From Dehalococcoidia bacterium (lineage in GTDB: Bacteria > Chloroflexota > Dehalococcoidia > SZUA-161 > JAUWZY01), in assembly GCA_034414595.1 (NCBI GenBank), contig DAOULY010000004.1:21156-85155 (forward strand): a stretch of DNA of 64,000 bases. The letters run 5' to 3'. This document shows positions 1 through 10,180 of this stretch, one piece after another. How positions within the stretch are numbered: the first letter of the stretch is position 1; every line of letters starts with the position of its first letter. The position numbers and the translations under genes are program-made. The notes below the pieces were generated by a model. The model made no database searches and was not told where the DNA came from. It was given only the letters and a program-made list of their open reading frames with translations.

Positions 1-139
1 GGTTGTCGTAGACTTGGCACTGTCAACCGAGCTGGGGTCGTCCATTGATGATGTGGTCGATCTGATGGATTGGGCGAGGGCAAGCAAGAATTAACCGGTA
101 TGCATGTTGGTAAGGTGCTGAGCCAATTCGGTGAACTTG

Positions 140-1282
140 CTACTGGTTGCGCTGACGTAGCCTATCTATCTCGTACCGTACAGACTCCGATGGGTAACCT
201 TGGTTCAAAATGCCGAGCGCACGCTCCAAATCGGCAATCGCCAGGTCGTTTCTCCCCATCTCCTCCCAAATCTCCGCTCGCTGAGAGCAACTTTGGACAT
301 CGCTGCTATCTGCCAAGATTGCTCTATTTAGAATGAAAAGCGCTTTGCTCAGACTCTCGTTTGCCTCCTTCTCCCTGCCCAGCTGGCGCAACACATGTGA
401 GAGCTCTACATGGGATGCGGAGTCCGTGGGATCCAGCCAGAGGGCTACAAGGTATCCTCGCTCGGCCTGCTCATAAAGCCAGATGATTTCGTCGCCGAAT
501 TCGAGGTAAGGAATTGTCTCTCTGCCGCATACTCCAAATTTCAAATCACCGTATTGCACCCGCTCGTCACTCATCTCGCTTGGTGAGTGCTGTGGATATT
601 CTATATTAGTAGGCCAGATACCATATGCGTATGTGAGTATTAGGTCTGCTGCAAATTGATAGGCATTAGCCTTTCCTGAATAGCCGCGGGGATAGTCGGG
701 TTCCAACGAGAGTGCTTGGTCGAACCTTCTCAAGGCGCCGCTAAATGCTTCATCCAGCCCGAGGTAAGCTTGAGTAAACTCTGGCGCAGTGTCTCCGAGA
801 GGCAATTGTCTGACCTTGTGCACCTGGGACAGAATTTCACGAGCCTTTGTTTGAGCCCTAGAGAATGACCTCAAAGAGCCCGCTATGCTTTCTATTTTTG
901 AAGGGTCATCCGGCCCCATGACTCGCTGCTTTCCCGCATGCTCGTAGAATGACACGAGAGTACGCTTAAATAGCTGATTTACTGGGTCTAGGGCCAAAGC
1001 CTTTTCAAGGTCTGGAATCGCTGCCTCAGGGCCAAATATGGCAAGGCCACAAGGCCCACAGGCGGATTGGTAGTGCTTCCATGCTTCCCTGTTTCGGAAC
1101 AGATTCCCCAGTAAATCCTTCAGCTGCCCAACAACAGGCTTCTTTGCAGTCGACTCTGCTCCTGATTGTCGAGCACCGCAGTTAGAGCAGAAAGCCTTAT
1201 AATCAGCTATTAGTTTCCTGCAAATTTGGCATCTTTCCATTGAGCTATTGTACCTTTTGGCTGTCATTATACCTTCAGCCAC
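140..1282 (-). CDS. TPR-like repeat protein with N-terminal zinc-ribbon
   Basis: 380-aa ORF. N-terminal CQIC...CSNCG zinc-ribbon motif. The rest is helical repeats with TPR-like A/L/Y/P spacing (e.g. ALALDP, ALSLEPDYPRGY, ALWLDP). Confidence 0.6.
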   Translation of the reverse strand: MAEGIMTAKRYNSSMERCQICRKLIADYKAFCSNCGARQSGAESTAKKPVVGQLKDLLGNLFRNREAWKHYQSACGPCGLAIFGPEAAIPDLEKALALDPVNQLFKRTLVSFYEHAGKQRVMGPDDPSKIESIAGSLRSFSRAQTKAREILSQVHKVRQLPLGDTAPEFTQAYLGLDEAFSGALRRFDQALSLEPDYPRGYSGKANAYQFAADLILTYAYGIWPTNIEYPQHSPSEMSDERVQYGDLKFGVCGRETIPYLEFGDEIIWLYEQAERGYLVALWLDPTDSASHVELSHVLRQLGREKEANESLSKALFILNRAILADSSDVQSCSQRAEIWEEMGRNDLAIADLERALGILNQGYPSESVRYEIDRLRQRNQ

Positions 1283-1573
1283 CGCTTTTCGCCAACATCA
1301 AGAGCAAAAGAAAAGAGAGGTATCACCGATGGTTGAAGAGCTCAGTAAGCTGGACGTGCAGGGCACAGAGCCGATCGGGACCATAGGGTATCAAGTCTTA
1401 CTATCCCCCTTGGTCGCCAAAAAGAGTGACAGCGGGGGACTGGTTACCTTTCAGCCTAAAATCCGTCCTTTGAAGGATTGCATTCTGGCTCTATTGGTTC
1501 ACAATGGTATTAGGCGAGCAACACCTGAGGTTGGTGCTCGCTAACACTACCACAGCTGTAGGAGAACTGCCCC

Positions 1574-1990
1574 ATGAAAAATGTGCCGGGCCGACGTAAT
1601 AAGAAAAGCCCCTTGCCGCTGGTCAAAATCAGTGACGAGGGAGATAATGACTCCTTATCGCAACAGATAGAGCAGCTGCTTAAGCAGGAGATAGAAAACG
1701 GGCCTGATGTTGCAGCAATTGAATCTCAGGGCAAACCAGACAAGCCTGCGACGCAACCGCGCGTAGGTAAGGTTCTCATTATTAATGATGCGCCCCACGC
1801 CATCAAGCACGTAGCGCGTTGGCTGGCATTGACGAGCTATAACTACACCGTCGTCCAAAACGACGATGAGGCACAGCCCCTGTTGGAACAGGAGTCCTTT
1901 GACATCATTATGCGCAGCAGCGAGTTCTCCTTTACCCGGCATAGCTGGGCTTTCACGTTGCTGAAGCTTTGCAGATTGCGCAGAATTTGA
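1574..1990 (+). CDS. hypothetical protein with partial receiver-like segment
   Basis: 138-aa ORF. KVLIINDAP...FDIIM resembles the first half of a CheY-like receiver, but the remainder is missing. No clear RBS. Confidence 0.3.
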   Translation: MKNVPGRRNKKSPLPLVKISDEGDNDSLSQQIEQLLKQEIENGPDVAAIESQGKPDKPATQPRVGKVLIINDAPHAIKHVARWLALTSYNYTVVQNDDEAQPLLEQESFDIIMRSSEFSFTRHSWAFTLLKLCRLRRI

Positions 1991-2263
1991 TGTCATCAGC
2001 TTCATATCGTCGAGTGGGCTAAACCTCTAATGTGACCCGCTGCATCGCCTAACTGGGTGGTCCTCATCTTCGACTGTAATAAGGGGAATAAGTAAGGGAC
2101 ATGAGACTATCCTCAAACTTCATTCTTACGATAGCGGTGCCTTGTAGAAATTCATCCCTTGATTTACATTCAAGTTAAGTTTATGGCAATATCTTGACAA
2201 CCACGTTGCATGGCTATATCATTGGCACCAAGAGCAGTGAGGCATGAGGATTGCTGCATTTCG

Positions 2264-2303
2264 AGTTGATATGGGAAATCCCGGTTAAATAAATCATAAT
2301 TTA
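2264..2303 (+). repeat. conserved leader element Y, copy 1
   Basis: gttgatatgggaaatcccggttaaataaatcataattta directly upstream of the 2309 ATG. Near-identical to 6808-6848 upstream of an unrelated gene. Confidence 0.6.
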
Positions 2304-2308
2304 AAAAT

Positions 2309-2491
2309 ATGGGAGAGCAAGAAATTAAAGAAAAAAAGGATAAAAAAGGAATAGCTGGTGTTTTTATCCCAGCCGGTTTGTTTATTGGCATGGGAATCGG
2401 CTTCTTAACAGATAATCTTGTTCCTGGTATGTTTATCGGTCTTGGCGCAGGATTTGCACTATTTGCCATCTTCCTTTTCATTATAAGATAG
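2309..2491 (+). CDS. small membrane protein (two Gly-rich hydrophobic helices)
   Basis: 60-aa ORF. K/E-rich N-terminus followed by [17 protein letters not shown] and [19 protein letters not shown]. Weak RBS. Confidence 0.4.
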   Translation: MGEQEIKEKKDKKGIAGVFIPAGLFIGMGIGFLTDNLVPGMFIGLGAGFALFAIFLFIIR

Positions 2492-2601
2492 AAAAAGAAG
2501 TACGAAATATTTCATCGCCGTCACGGCACTTTTTCTCTCTACTACTGTACTTTTCTCTGAGCCAGTTACTAAAACAACAAAGTAATCTTGGGGGAATAAT
2601 T

Positions 2602-3552
2602 ATGAAAGCAATTGTATGCACAAAATACGGACCACCGGAAGTTCTTCAGCTCCAAGAGGTAGACAAACCTTCTCCCAAGGACAATGAAGTACTGATAAGA
2701 ATATATGCAACAACCTGTCACGTAGGGGATGTGAGAATTCGAAGTTTCAAAGTCCCTTTCTGGCAAATACTCCCTTTTCGAATATATTTAGGTCTTCTAA
2801 AACCAAAAAGACCTATACTAGGAATGGAGTTAGCCGGGGAGATTGAAGCAGTAGGCAAAAATGTAACACTATTTAAGGAAGGTGACCAGGTTTTTGCATT
2901 AGCCGGTTTTGGTTTCGGCGCTTATGCTGAGTACATATGTCTGCCTGAAAAACCTGAAGAAAGGGAGATTGGGAAAAAAGGGTTGGTGGCAATAAAACCG
3001 GTCAATACGTCATATGAGGAAGCCGCCGCCGTTCCTGGTGGGGGACTAACAGCATTGAGTATTCTTAGAAAGGCAAATATCCAGAGCGGACAAAAAGTCC
3101 TTATCTATGGAGCTTCTGGAAGTGTAGGTACTTATTCGGTACAGCTTGCCAAGTACTTTGGGGCTGAAGTTACCGGGGTATGCAGTACAACGAATCTAGA
3201 AATGGTTAAATCTCTGGGAGCCGATAAGGTAATTGATTACACTAAAGAGGATTTTACCCAAAGCGGTCAGACCTATGATTTTATCTTGGACGCTGTAGGC
3301 AAGATTTCGTCTTCACGAGGTAAAAAGTCTCTAAAGAAAAAAGGAATCTATTATAACGTTAATTATGTATCAGGCGACTTAAAGACTGGAGATTTAGTTT
3401 TCCTTAAAGAGCTTATTGAGGCGGGAAAGCTAAAAGCGGTCATAGATAGACGCTATCCATTGGAACAGATTGTCGAGGCTCACAGGTATGTTGAAACAGG
3501 ACACAAAAAGGGAAATGTAGTCATCACTGTGGCCCATGAGAGCAAAGGCTAA
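2602..3552 (+). CDS. NAD(P)-dependent medium-chain dehydrogenase/quinone oxidoreductase, paralog 1
   Basis: 316 aa. [16 protein letters not shown]-terminus, GASGSVG Rossmann motif, C-terminal [17 protein letters not shown] typical of the MDR/zeta-crystallin family. RBS gggggaataatt before the ATG. Confidence 0.9.
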   Translation: MKAIVCTKYGPPEVLQLQEVDKPSPKDNEVLIRIYATTCHVGDVRIRSFKVPFWQILPFRIYLGLLKPKRPILGMELAGEIEAVGKNVTLFKEGDQVFALAGFGFGAYAEYICLPEKPEEREIGKKGLVAIKPVNTSYEEAAAVPGGGLTALSILRKANIQSGQKVLIYGASGSVGTYSVQLAKYFGAEVTGVCSTTNLEMVKSLGADKVIDYTKEDFTQSGQTYDFILDAVGKISSSRGKKSLKKKGIYYNVNYVSGDLKTGDLVFLKELIEAGKLKAVIDRRYPLEQIVEAHRYVETGHKKGNVVITVAHESKG

Positions 3553-4555
3553 CAAATTGGGAGGAATAATTATTAAAGCGATTATATGCACAAAATTCGG
3601 AACACCGGATGTTCTTCAGCTAAAAGAGGTAGAAAAACCTGTTCCTAAAGATAATGAGGTACTGGTAAGAATACATGCGACAACAGTAAACGCAGGGGAC
3701 TGTAGAATGCGAAGTTTCACAGTCCCTCCCTTGTTCTGGCTCGTCGGGCACATGGCTTTAGGTTTCACAAAGCCAAAGAAAGCCATACTTGGGATGGAGT
3801 TGGCCGGCGAAATTGAATCAGTGGGTAAAAATGTTAAGCGATTCAAAGAAGGTGAGCAGGTTTTTGGATCTACCTACTGGGAGAATTTAGGTGCTCATGC
3901 CGAGTACAAGTGCATGTCTGAAGACGGGATGGTGGCAATAAAACCGGCCAATACGACCTATGCGGAAGCCACCGCTGTTCCTATTGGAGGACTTACAGCA
4001 TTACACTTTCTTAGAGATAAGGCGAATGTTCAGAGCGGACAAAAAGTCCTTATCTATGGCGCATCCGGAAATAATGGGACTTTTGCGGTACAGCTTGCCA
4101 AGTACTTTGGAGCGGAAGTTACTGGAGTATGCAGTACCACGAATTTAGAATTAGTGAAATCTCTGGGAGCCGATAAGGCAATTGATTACACTAAAGAGGA
4201 TTTTACCAAAACCGGTGAGACCTATGACATTATTTTTGACACGATAGGCAAGATTTCGTTTTCACAATGTAGAAGCTCGCTAAAGGACAAGGGATTCTTT
4301 CTTGAAGCTGTCATGGTTGCTGTTCAAGCGCGATGGCTTTCAATGACAAGCGGCAAGAAAGTAATAGGTGGAGAAGGACCCGAAAAGATCGAAAATCTGA
4401 TTTTCCTCAAAGAACTTGTTGAGGCAGGAAAGATAAAACCGGTTATAGATAGAGCATATCCGTTGGAGCAGATTGCTGAGGCTCACAGGTATGTCGAAAC
4501 AGGACACAAAAAGGGAAATGTAGTCATAACTGTGGCCCATGAGAGCAAAGGCTAA
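3536..4555 (+). CDS. NAD(P)-dependent medium-chain dehydrogenase, paralog 2 (start uncertain)
   Basis: Highly similar to paralog 1, with the same C-terminal 20 aa and the same downstream caaattgggagga. The codon aligned with the paralog ATG is ATT (3572-3574). The only in-frame ATG is 3536, inside the end of paralog 1. Confidence 0.85.
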   Translation: MRAKANKLGGIIIKAIICTKFGTPDVLQLKEVEKPVPKDNEVLVRIHATTVNAGDCRMRSFTVPPLFWLVGHMALGFTKPKKAILGMELAGEIESVGKNVKRFKEGEQVFGSTYWENLGAHAEYKCMSEDGMVAIKPANTTYAEATAVPIGGLTALHFLRDKANVQSGQKVLIYGASGNNGTFAVQLAKYFGAEVTGVCSTTNLELVKSLGADKAIDYTKEDFTKTGETYDIIFDTIGKISFSQCRSSLKDKGFFLEAVMVAVQARWLSMTSGKKVIGGEGPEKIENLIFLKELVEAGKIKPVIDRAYPLEQIAEAHRYVETGHKKGNVVITVAHESKG

Positions 4556-4573
4556 CAAATTGGGAGGAAACTC

Positions 4574-5560
4574 ATGAAAGCGATTGTATGCACAAAATAC
4601 GGACCGCCCGATGCTCTTAAATTTGAAGAGATCCCCAAGCCGACCCCAAGCGACGATGAAGTCCTGGTGGAAGTTCATGCAGCATCCGTAGTTTTTTCTG
4701 ACACGACTGTCGTGAGAGGTAAACCGTTCGTGGCCCGCCTAATGGGCCAGGGGCTGCTAAGACCAAAATACAAGATACCCGGAGTTGACATAGCGGGGCG
4801 GGTTGAAGCAGTTGGCAGAAATGTGAAGCAGTTTCAGCCAGGTAATGAGGTATTCGGGGACCTATCCCAGTGTGGTCGGGGCGGTTTTGCCGAGTATGTA
4901 TGTGCTAGCGAAAATGCATTGGCGTTGAAACCAGCTGGTATGACATTCGAGGAAGCAGCTGCTGTACCTCAAGCGGCAGTCGTCGCTCTGCAGGGTCTTC
5001 GCGATAAGGGGCAGATTCAGCCGGGACAAAAGGTCTTGATTAACGGTGCGTCTGGTGGTAACGGTACGTTTGCAGTGCAGATTGCCAAATCGTTCGGGGC
5101 TGAAGTCACCGGCGTGTGCAGCACGAGGAATTTGGACATGGTGCGCTCGATTGGTGCAGACCGGGTCATCGATTACACTCAAGAAGATTTCACCAAAAGC
5201 GCGCAGCGTTATGACCTGATTCTTGCTTGTGCGGGATATCGTTCGATTTTCGATTACAAACGTGCCCTGAGCCCCGGGGGGATTTATGTAATAGTCGGAG
5301 GCTCCACAGCTCGAATTTTACAAATTGTTTGTCTGGGACCATTGATTTCTATGACCACTAGTAAGAAAATGGGCATCCTGCTGCATAAACAAAATAAGGA
5401 CCTGGCTTTTATGATAGAGCTTTTGGAGAGAGGCAAAGTGAAACCTGTTATAGATAAAGTTTACCCGTTAAGGGAGGTTTCCGAAGCCTTCAGGTATTTT
5501 GGAGAAGGACAAGCCAAAGGAAAAGTAGTCATAACTGTGGAGCATAATAACAAAACCTGA
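4574..5560 (+). CDS. NAD(P)-dependent medium-chain dehydrogenase, paralog 3
   Basis: 328 aa. [23 protein letters not shown]-terminal GQAKGKVVITV. More diverged and more GC-rich than paralogs 1 and 2. Confidence 0.9.
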   Translation: MKAIVCTKYGPPDALKFEEIPKPTPSDDEVLVEVHAASVVFSDTTVVRGKPFVARLMGQGLLRPKYKIPGVDIAGRVEAVGRNVKQFQPGNEVFGDLSQCGRGGFAEYVCASENALALKPAGMTFEEAAAVPQAAVVALQGLRDKGQIQPGQKVLINGASGGNGTFAVQIAKSFGAEVTGVCSTRNLDMVRSIGADRVIDYTQEDFTKSAQRYDLILACAGYRSIFDYKRALSPGGIYVIVGGSTARILQIVCLGPLISMTTSKKMGILLHKQNKDLAFMIELLERGKVKPVIDKVYPLREVSEAFRYFGEGQAKGKVVITVEHNNKT

Positions 5561-5562
5561 TA

Positions 5563-5639
5563 ACCTTGCAGGACAGCAGGAAGCCATCAATCGCCTGCTT
5601 GATAGTTGTTACCGTGGTATCTTTCGTGTGAGTAGACAT
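5563..5639 (-). pseudogene. tyrosine recombinase N-terminal remnant (about 25 codons)
   Basis: Minus strand reads MSTHTKDTTVTTIKQAIDGFLLSCKV, matching MSKKVTTIKQAIDGFLLSCKV of the intact gene at 54724. It is truncated where it abuts the stop of the 4574-5560 gene. Confidence 0.8.
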
Positions 5640-5648
5640 TGAACCTCT

Positions 5649-5705
5649 CCTTCTTCTCTTCTGATTTGCGAGAGACGATATACGAGAATTTGGAGAAGGT
5701 CAATA
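5649..5705. repeat. junction repeat R (integrase 5'-flank sequence), copy
   Basis: ccttcttctcttctgatttgcgagagacgatatacgagaatttggagaaggtcaata matches 54734-54799, 8363-8428 and 9910-9973. Confidence 0.85.
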
Positions 5706-5993
5706 GCAAATCAATCGTGTTATTGCAAATATTTAAGGGCGGAAATAAACCTTACTTGGTGCGTGGCAAGGATCCCTACATAGGAGTTGGATCAAATGAT
5801 TATATTCCTCTAAGACATGAACCGAATGAATTAATAATAAGAGGTAGTTGATTGCCTACGATCGATCATCAATGGTAACCTTCATAATTCAATCCTCTAC
5901 TGATTTCCATTTCGCCTCATTTTACCCCGCAACATTCGTTCCAACTTCTGGAAACCAGCTTTATCTGCTTGGCGCGGGATCACCTCACATTGA

Positions 5994-6593
5994 TCATTCA
6001 GCACTCATCAAGTGGTCAGACAATTCTTTATCGGCACTTGTTTCTCTCAACGCTTCCTCGCGAGCCTTAGTATCTTCCGCAATACCATCTTTCACCATCT
6101 GCCATACGGCTAACACATATGAGAGCCAGCCGAGATCATATGCCGATTCGGCTTGTTGATTATGATTTGTGTTATCGTCCAGTGCGTATTGTCGGCAAAA
6201 CCACTCTTTGTTCTCGTTTTGCCGATCCGCGAAAGTCTTAACACCGGGTAGATGAAGAGCTATACGGCTGCTCGGAGCCTGCTCTTGACGTTGGAGAACC
6301 TCGAGACGATGGAAAAGGTCTTCAAAGTCTTGTAGAGAGGCCAACTGAACCCACAGCTTCGCGTCTTCATGACCCAGTGCCTCCCAGTCGATTTCTTGTT
6401 CGCGGTATTCTTGCCTAAGCCGTTCCACCGCTACTTGCATTCCCTCTTCATCATTTGCTAGAGCACTTGCGCGCTCATATGCTTTAATGCGTGCTTGTAG
6501 AGCACCTCGACAGACTTGAGAGATGTTGATTGCGTTTCTAAAGGGTTTTAGACTGGCTATAAGATCATCGGGCACATTGATACCGATTCTCAC
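5994..6593 (-). CDS. hypothetical protein with ribbon-helix-helix-like N-terminus
   Basis: 199-aa ORF with GTG start and a GGAGG RBS 5 nt upstream. The N-terminal MRIGINVPDDLIASLK...ISQVCRGALQARI looks like a CopG/RHH strand-helix-helix. The remainder is unassigned. Confidence 0.5.
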   Translation of the reverse strand: MRIGINVPDDLIASLKPFRNAINISQVCRGALQARIKAYERASALANDEEGMQVAVERLRQEYREQEIDWEALGHEDAKLWVQLASLQDFEDLFHRLEVLQRQEQAPSSRIALHLPGVKTFADRQNENKEWFCRQYALDDNTNHNQQAESAYDLGWLSYVLAVWQMVKDGIAEDTKAREEALRETSADKELSDHLMSAE

Positions 6594-6764
6594 AAGATAC
6601 CTCCGTATGTACTTACCTTAGATATTATACCATATTTGTCAAGCATACACACTATCATATACATACGCTTTTCACATCACTTTACTTCCCCCAGAAATCG
6701 GTCAAGAGTAAATGTTATTGTGTGTGCTGAAGGAAAGGGGGCTTACTTATATGCAGGAACTCCA

Positions 6765-6800
6765 ACTTAACAAGTGGTATCATTATTGGGGGCCGGTCAA
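6765..6800. repeat. junction repeat X, copy 1
   Basis: acttaacaagtggtatcattattgggggccggtcaa. Related copies at 8435-8469 and 10133-10158. Confidence 0.7.
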
Positions 6801-6807
6801 CCACAGT

Positions 6808-6848
6808 AGTTGATATGGGGAATCCCGGGGTTAAATATAATTTAAGGA
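6808..6848 (+). repeat. conserved leader element Y, copy 2
   Basis: gttgatatggggaatcccggggttaaatataatttaaggagg, running into the RBS of the 6858 gene. Matches 2264-2303. Confidence 0.6.
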
Positions 6849-6857
6849 GGAGAGAAG

Positions 6858-8315
6858 ATGGCGGTGCGAACTCGTGAAGAATATATTGAAAGCCTCAGGA
6901 GGCAAAGGCCTAAGGTTTATATGGCAGGAGAGAAAGTGGATAACATTGTCGATCATCCTGCCTTCCAAGCGGGGATAAACAATGCCGCGGTGACTTTCGA
7001 GCTAGGGCATGATCCCAAATACCAGGAGCTGGCGACGGTGATGTCTCCCCTTATCGGTGAGAGGATTAGCAGGTATACCCAAGTATATCAAGATGAAGGG
7101 GATGCCATCGCCACAGTAAAGCTAGCGAGAGGGCTTGCAGATTACTTATGCCCATGCTCCTACAGATGTCTCACTTCTAATCAGGTAAATGCTGCATGGG
7201 CACTCAGCTATGACATTGATCAGAAACATAACACTGAGTATCATCAGAGGGTTGTCAACATTGTAGAGGAGATTCAGAGAAACGATTGGATATTAGGGGG
7301 CTCATCAATAGATCCTAAGGGAGACAGAAGCTTAAGCCCTGGCCAGCAACTAGATCCGGATATGTATGTACGCGTAGTGGAGAGGAGGAAAGATGGCATA
7401 GTGTTAAGGGGAGCAAAGGCCAATAGCACGGCTGCCCCGTACACAAATATGGTAGGTATTATCCCAACGGGGCGGATTTCAGAAGCTGAGAAGGATTATT
7501 GTGTCGCCTGCTTTACCCCGGTGGATGCCGAAGGAATGACCTTCATATGTAGACCCCCAAACAGACCCCCTGAGCCAAAAGAGCTGGAGAATCCATTCAG
7601 CTCGAAACACGGTGGCCATGTGGAATGTATGCTAGTTCTCGACGATGTATTTGTACCTTGGGAGAGGGTCTTCATGTGCGGCGAGTATGAGTTCGCTCCC
7701 GCATTCGCGAGAATGAGGAACCCCGCACATGCCATGCATAAGTGTATGTGCCGATGGGTGGGTATAGACCTTGCCATCGGCGCTACTGCATTGATAGCTG
7801 ATTACAACGGCCTTGATCTAGAGAAAGCTCCTCACATATGGGATTATATCGTTGAGATGATCATGAGCGCCGAAATCATGTACTCGTGCGCACTTTCATC
7901 TGCAATGCAAGGCTCGAGACATGGTTCAGGAGTATATTTCCCAAAGGCAGCGCCAGCATCCGCTGGCAAGGTTTACGGAAGTAAGAAGATAGGCGAAGAG
8001 CATTTCTGGATGCAAGATGCCGCCGGTGGTTTAGTGGCGACGATGGCACCAGAGGAGGACTTCCAAAATCCAGAAACGGCAAAGATTCTGGAAAAATATT
8101 ATCAGGGGAGACAGGGCGTGCCAACAGAGCATAGAATACGCGCCATTAAGCTCATCGAGGACTTAATCGCATCTGATTTTGCCGCGTGGTATCAGGCCCT
8201 GTGTATTAGTGGAGGGGGGCCGCCGCTAAAGCACAAAAACGCCGTTATGGAGGAATATGACTTGGAGGAGAGTAAGAGGAAGGCAATGATCGCCGCTGGA
8301 ATAGTAAAGAAGTAG
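6858..8315 (+). CDS. 4-hydroxybutyryl-CoA dehydratase/vinylacetyl-CoA isomerase family protein (HpaB/AbfD superfamily)
   Basis: 485 aa. N-terminal REEYIESLRRQRPKVYMAGEKVDNIVDHP, PKGDRSL, KDGIVLRGAKA. Cys/His pattern CPCSYRC ... HAMHKCMC sits at the positions of the AbfD [4Fe-4S] ligands. Strong aaggagg RBS. Confidence 0.85.
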   Translation: MAVRTREEYIESLRRQRPKVYMAGEKVDNIVDHPAFQAGINNAAVTFELGHDPKYQELATVMSPLIGERISRYTQVYQDEGDAIATVKLARGLADYLCPCSYRCLTSNQVNAAWALSYDIDQKHNTEYHQRVVNIVEEIQRNDWILGGSSIDPKGDRSLSPGQQLDPDMYVRVVERRKDGIVLRGAKANSTAAPYTNMVGIIPTGRISEAEKDYCVACFTPVDAEGMTFICRPPNRPPEPKELENPFSSKHGGHVECMLVLDDVFVPWERVFMCGEYEFAPAFARMRNPAHAMHKCMCRWVGIDLAIGATALIADYNGLDLEKAPHIWDYIVEMIMSAEIMYSCALSSAMQGSRHGSGVYFPKAAPASAGKVYGSKKIGEEHFWMQDAAGGLVATMAPEEDFQNPETAKILEKYYQGRQGVPTEHRIRAIKLIEDLIASDFAAWYQALCISGGGPPLKHKNAVMEEYDLEESKRKAMIAAGIVKK

Positions 8316-8428
8316 TGACCTGCCCCCCCGAAAACGAGTCCAGGTCAAATGCTCTAGGTGTCTTTCTTCTCTTCTGATTTGCGCGAGACGATATACGAGA
8401 ATTTGGAGAAGGTCAATAGGGATGTGGG
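8316..8428. repeat. junction repeat L+R, copy
   Basis: L is 8316-8362, tgacctgcccccccgaaaacgagtccaggtcaaatgctctaggtgtc, with the inverted repeat TGACCTG/CAGGTCA. R is 8363-8428 and is identical in sequence to the integrase 5' flank. The repeat begins 1 nt after the stop codon of 6858-8315. Confidence 0.85.
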
Positions 8429-8434
8429 ATTACG

Positions 8435-8469
8435 ACTTAACAAGTGGTGTCATTATTAGGGCCGGTCAA
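8435..8469. repeat. junction repeat X, copy 2
   Basis: acttaacaagtggtgtcattattagggccggtcaa. Confidence 0.7.
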
Positions 8470-8565
8470 TGATTTGGCTTTTTTACAACTCATGTCTTTG
8501 CCATATATGAGTTTAGCCTCAAGTGGATTAATCGAGTTTTATTTCAACTTTGGTCGTCTTGCATA

Positions 8566-9795
8566 TTACAGATTGCCCATTAACTCCACAAGTAAATTCG
8601 TACAAACTTCACCGAAGTGTAAGTCATTTATATGCGCATCTAACTCTATAACCCTTACATCAGTATTGGTCAGATTCTTCTTTAGCGATTCTATGAACCC
8701 TTCATCAGCTATAGGATCATAGAAAAAACCCCCTTCTACATCGAACGGCGAGAGTCCGCGTTTCGGAAAGACAACCGCTGTTGGCGCTTTGGCTTCATTA
8801 AGCTTTTCAGCTACAAATTTCCCAGCTCTTTCTAACTCTTCTCTACTTGCTCTAAAATCAGTGAACAATGGACTCCACTGGTAGAAACTTCGGGTTTTAT
8901 ACATTGGAGGTATATTCCGAGGAGAGAAACTTAAAACGTCCATGAAGCCAGGTACAAATATATGAGGTGTGCCAGCCTTCACTATTGTCTCTAATCTTGA
9001 GATACCATAATTGGGTGCTGGGGATAGCTCTCCAACTATTAATTCTTGAATTATATCGTGCGTAATCATATTTAGAACAGCCATAATTGCACCTTCATTG
9101 ATGATGTCTTCCATGAATTTAGAGCCGATTCCCGCTGGTACAAAGATAACCATTTCATATCCTTTTTTCTCAAGTATTTCTTTAGCATAAAAAACAGCTA
9201 TTGTAGCACCCCCATACATAGTGGCACCTATTGCGTTTTTACCAGGCTCTACTTTCCTCCCTGCATTTTTAACCATGCCCGCTATGGCAGCAGCCGCATT
9301 ATCGAATGCGTTTTTTGTAAAGAAATTTAGAGGTTGCACATCACTAGGTAAGGCCAACACCATAACATCCCTTGTATGAACTATGTTTTCCATACCTGAA
9401 AGGCTCGCGACGGTGGTTATTATTAGCTTGGGAATGCCGAGAGGTAAGTGTTTCATTCCTGTTCCTGCCAAACATGCACCGTCATGACCTCCAACCGAGA
9501 TCACGCCATTAAATCTCCCTTCTAAATAAAACTTAGAAAGAATATTGGATATTCCTTCAGCCACTTTTTCCATTTGAACAATCTTAATTTCCTTTTCTAA
9601 GGCATCAACAGTATAGCCTATCGCTTTAGCAACTTCTTCCCTAGATATATCAGGGATTAAATGCCTAGGCCTGCCGCGCAAACTTGAATCCATAAGAAAT
9701 GTTTTCATACCCATTTCTTCTATCCTATTTTTAAGGTACTCTACTTCCTGCTCTTTAGTATCAAGTGTAGCAATAATGGCAACAACTTTATCCAT
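8566..9795 (-). CDS. UPF0261 / Tm-1-like ATP-binding domain protein
   Basis: 409 aa. The N-terminal MDKVVAIIATLDTKEQEVEYLKNRIEEMG is the characteristic start of the UPF0261 family. Two Rossmann-like halves. Confidence 0.8.
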   Translation of the reverse strand: MDKVVAIIATLDTKEQEVEYLKNRIEEMGMKTFLMDSSLRGRPRHLIPDISREEVAKAIGYTVDALEKEIKIVQMEKVAEGISNILSKFYLEGRFNGVISVGGHDGACLAGTGMKHLPLGIPKLIITTVASLSGMENIVHTRDVMVLALPSDVQPLNFFTKNAFDNAAAAIAGMVKNAGRKVEPGKNAIGATMYGGATIAVFYAKEILEKKGYEMVIFVPAGIGSKFMEDIINEGAIMAVLNMITHDIIQELIVGELSPAPNYGISRLETIVKAGTPHIFVPGFMDVLSFSPRNIPPMYKTRSFYQWSPLFTDFRASREELERAGKFVAEKLNEAKAPTAVVFPKRGLSPFDVEGGFFYDPIADEGFIESLKKNLTNTDVRVIELDAHINDLHFGEVCTNLLVELMGNL

Positions 9796-9863
9796 GAGCT
9801 TCCTTTCTCGACTTCTCCATTAAGGATAGAATAAGCCCTGGTCATAATTCTCGCAAGCTAGAT

Positions 9864-9973
9864 TGACCTGCCCCCCGAAAACGAGTCCAGGTCAAATGCT
9901 CTAGGTGTCCTTCTTCTCTTCTGATTTGCGCGAGACGATATACGAGAATTTGGAGAAGGTCAATCGGGATGTG
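9864..9973. repeat. junction repeat L+R, copy
   Basis: Same L element (9864-9909, one C shorter in the C-run) followed by R (9910-9973). Confidence 0.85.
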
Positions 9974-10132
9974 GTATAGAGTTTAGCTGTATTAGCTGTA
10001 AAAGATCAATTAGACGAAAAACAAACATGGTGCTATAATTTTGGCTACTAACAAAATGGAGAGTAGTTGTGGTAAAAACTCAAGAGGGTAAAAAGAAAGT
10101 ATACGTTCATGAACATACAAAACGAAAGCTAG

Positions 10133-10158
10133 GTGGTATCATTATTGGAGGCTGGTCA
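10133..10158. repeat. junction repeat X, partial copy 3
   Basis: gtggtatcattattggaggctggtca, just upstream of the 10181 start. Confidence 0.55.
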
Positions 10159-10180
10159 TGGCAAAAGGGGGGGTGTTCTG

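Noticed and set aside
5639-6159. Plus-strand ORFs 5639-5851 and 5848-6159.
   Set aside because: The first starts inside the integrase remnant and 5'-flank repeat. The second overlaps the better-supported minus-strand gene 5994-6593. Neither has an RBS or motifs.
6775-6789. TGGTATCATTATTGG inside repeat X (also present at 10134 and, degenerate, at 8445) resembles a -24/-12 element.
   Set aside because: The invariant -12 GC is replaced by GG or AG in all three copies, and copy 2 precedes no plus-strand gene. It is more likely part of the recombination scar than a promoter.
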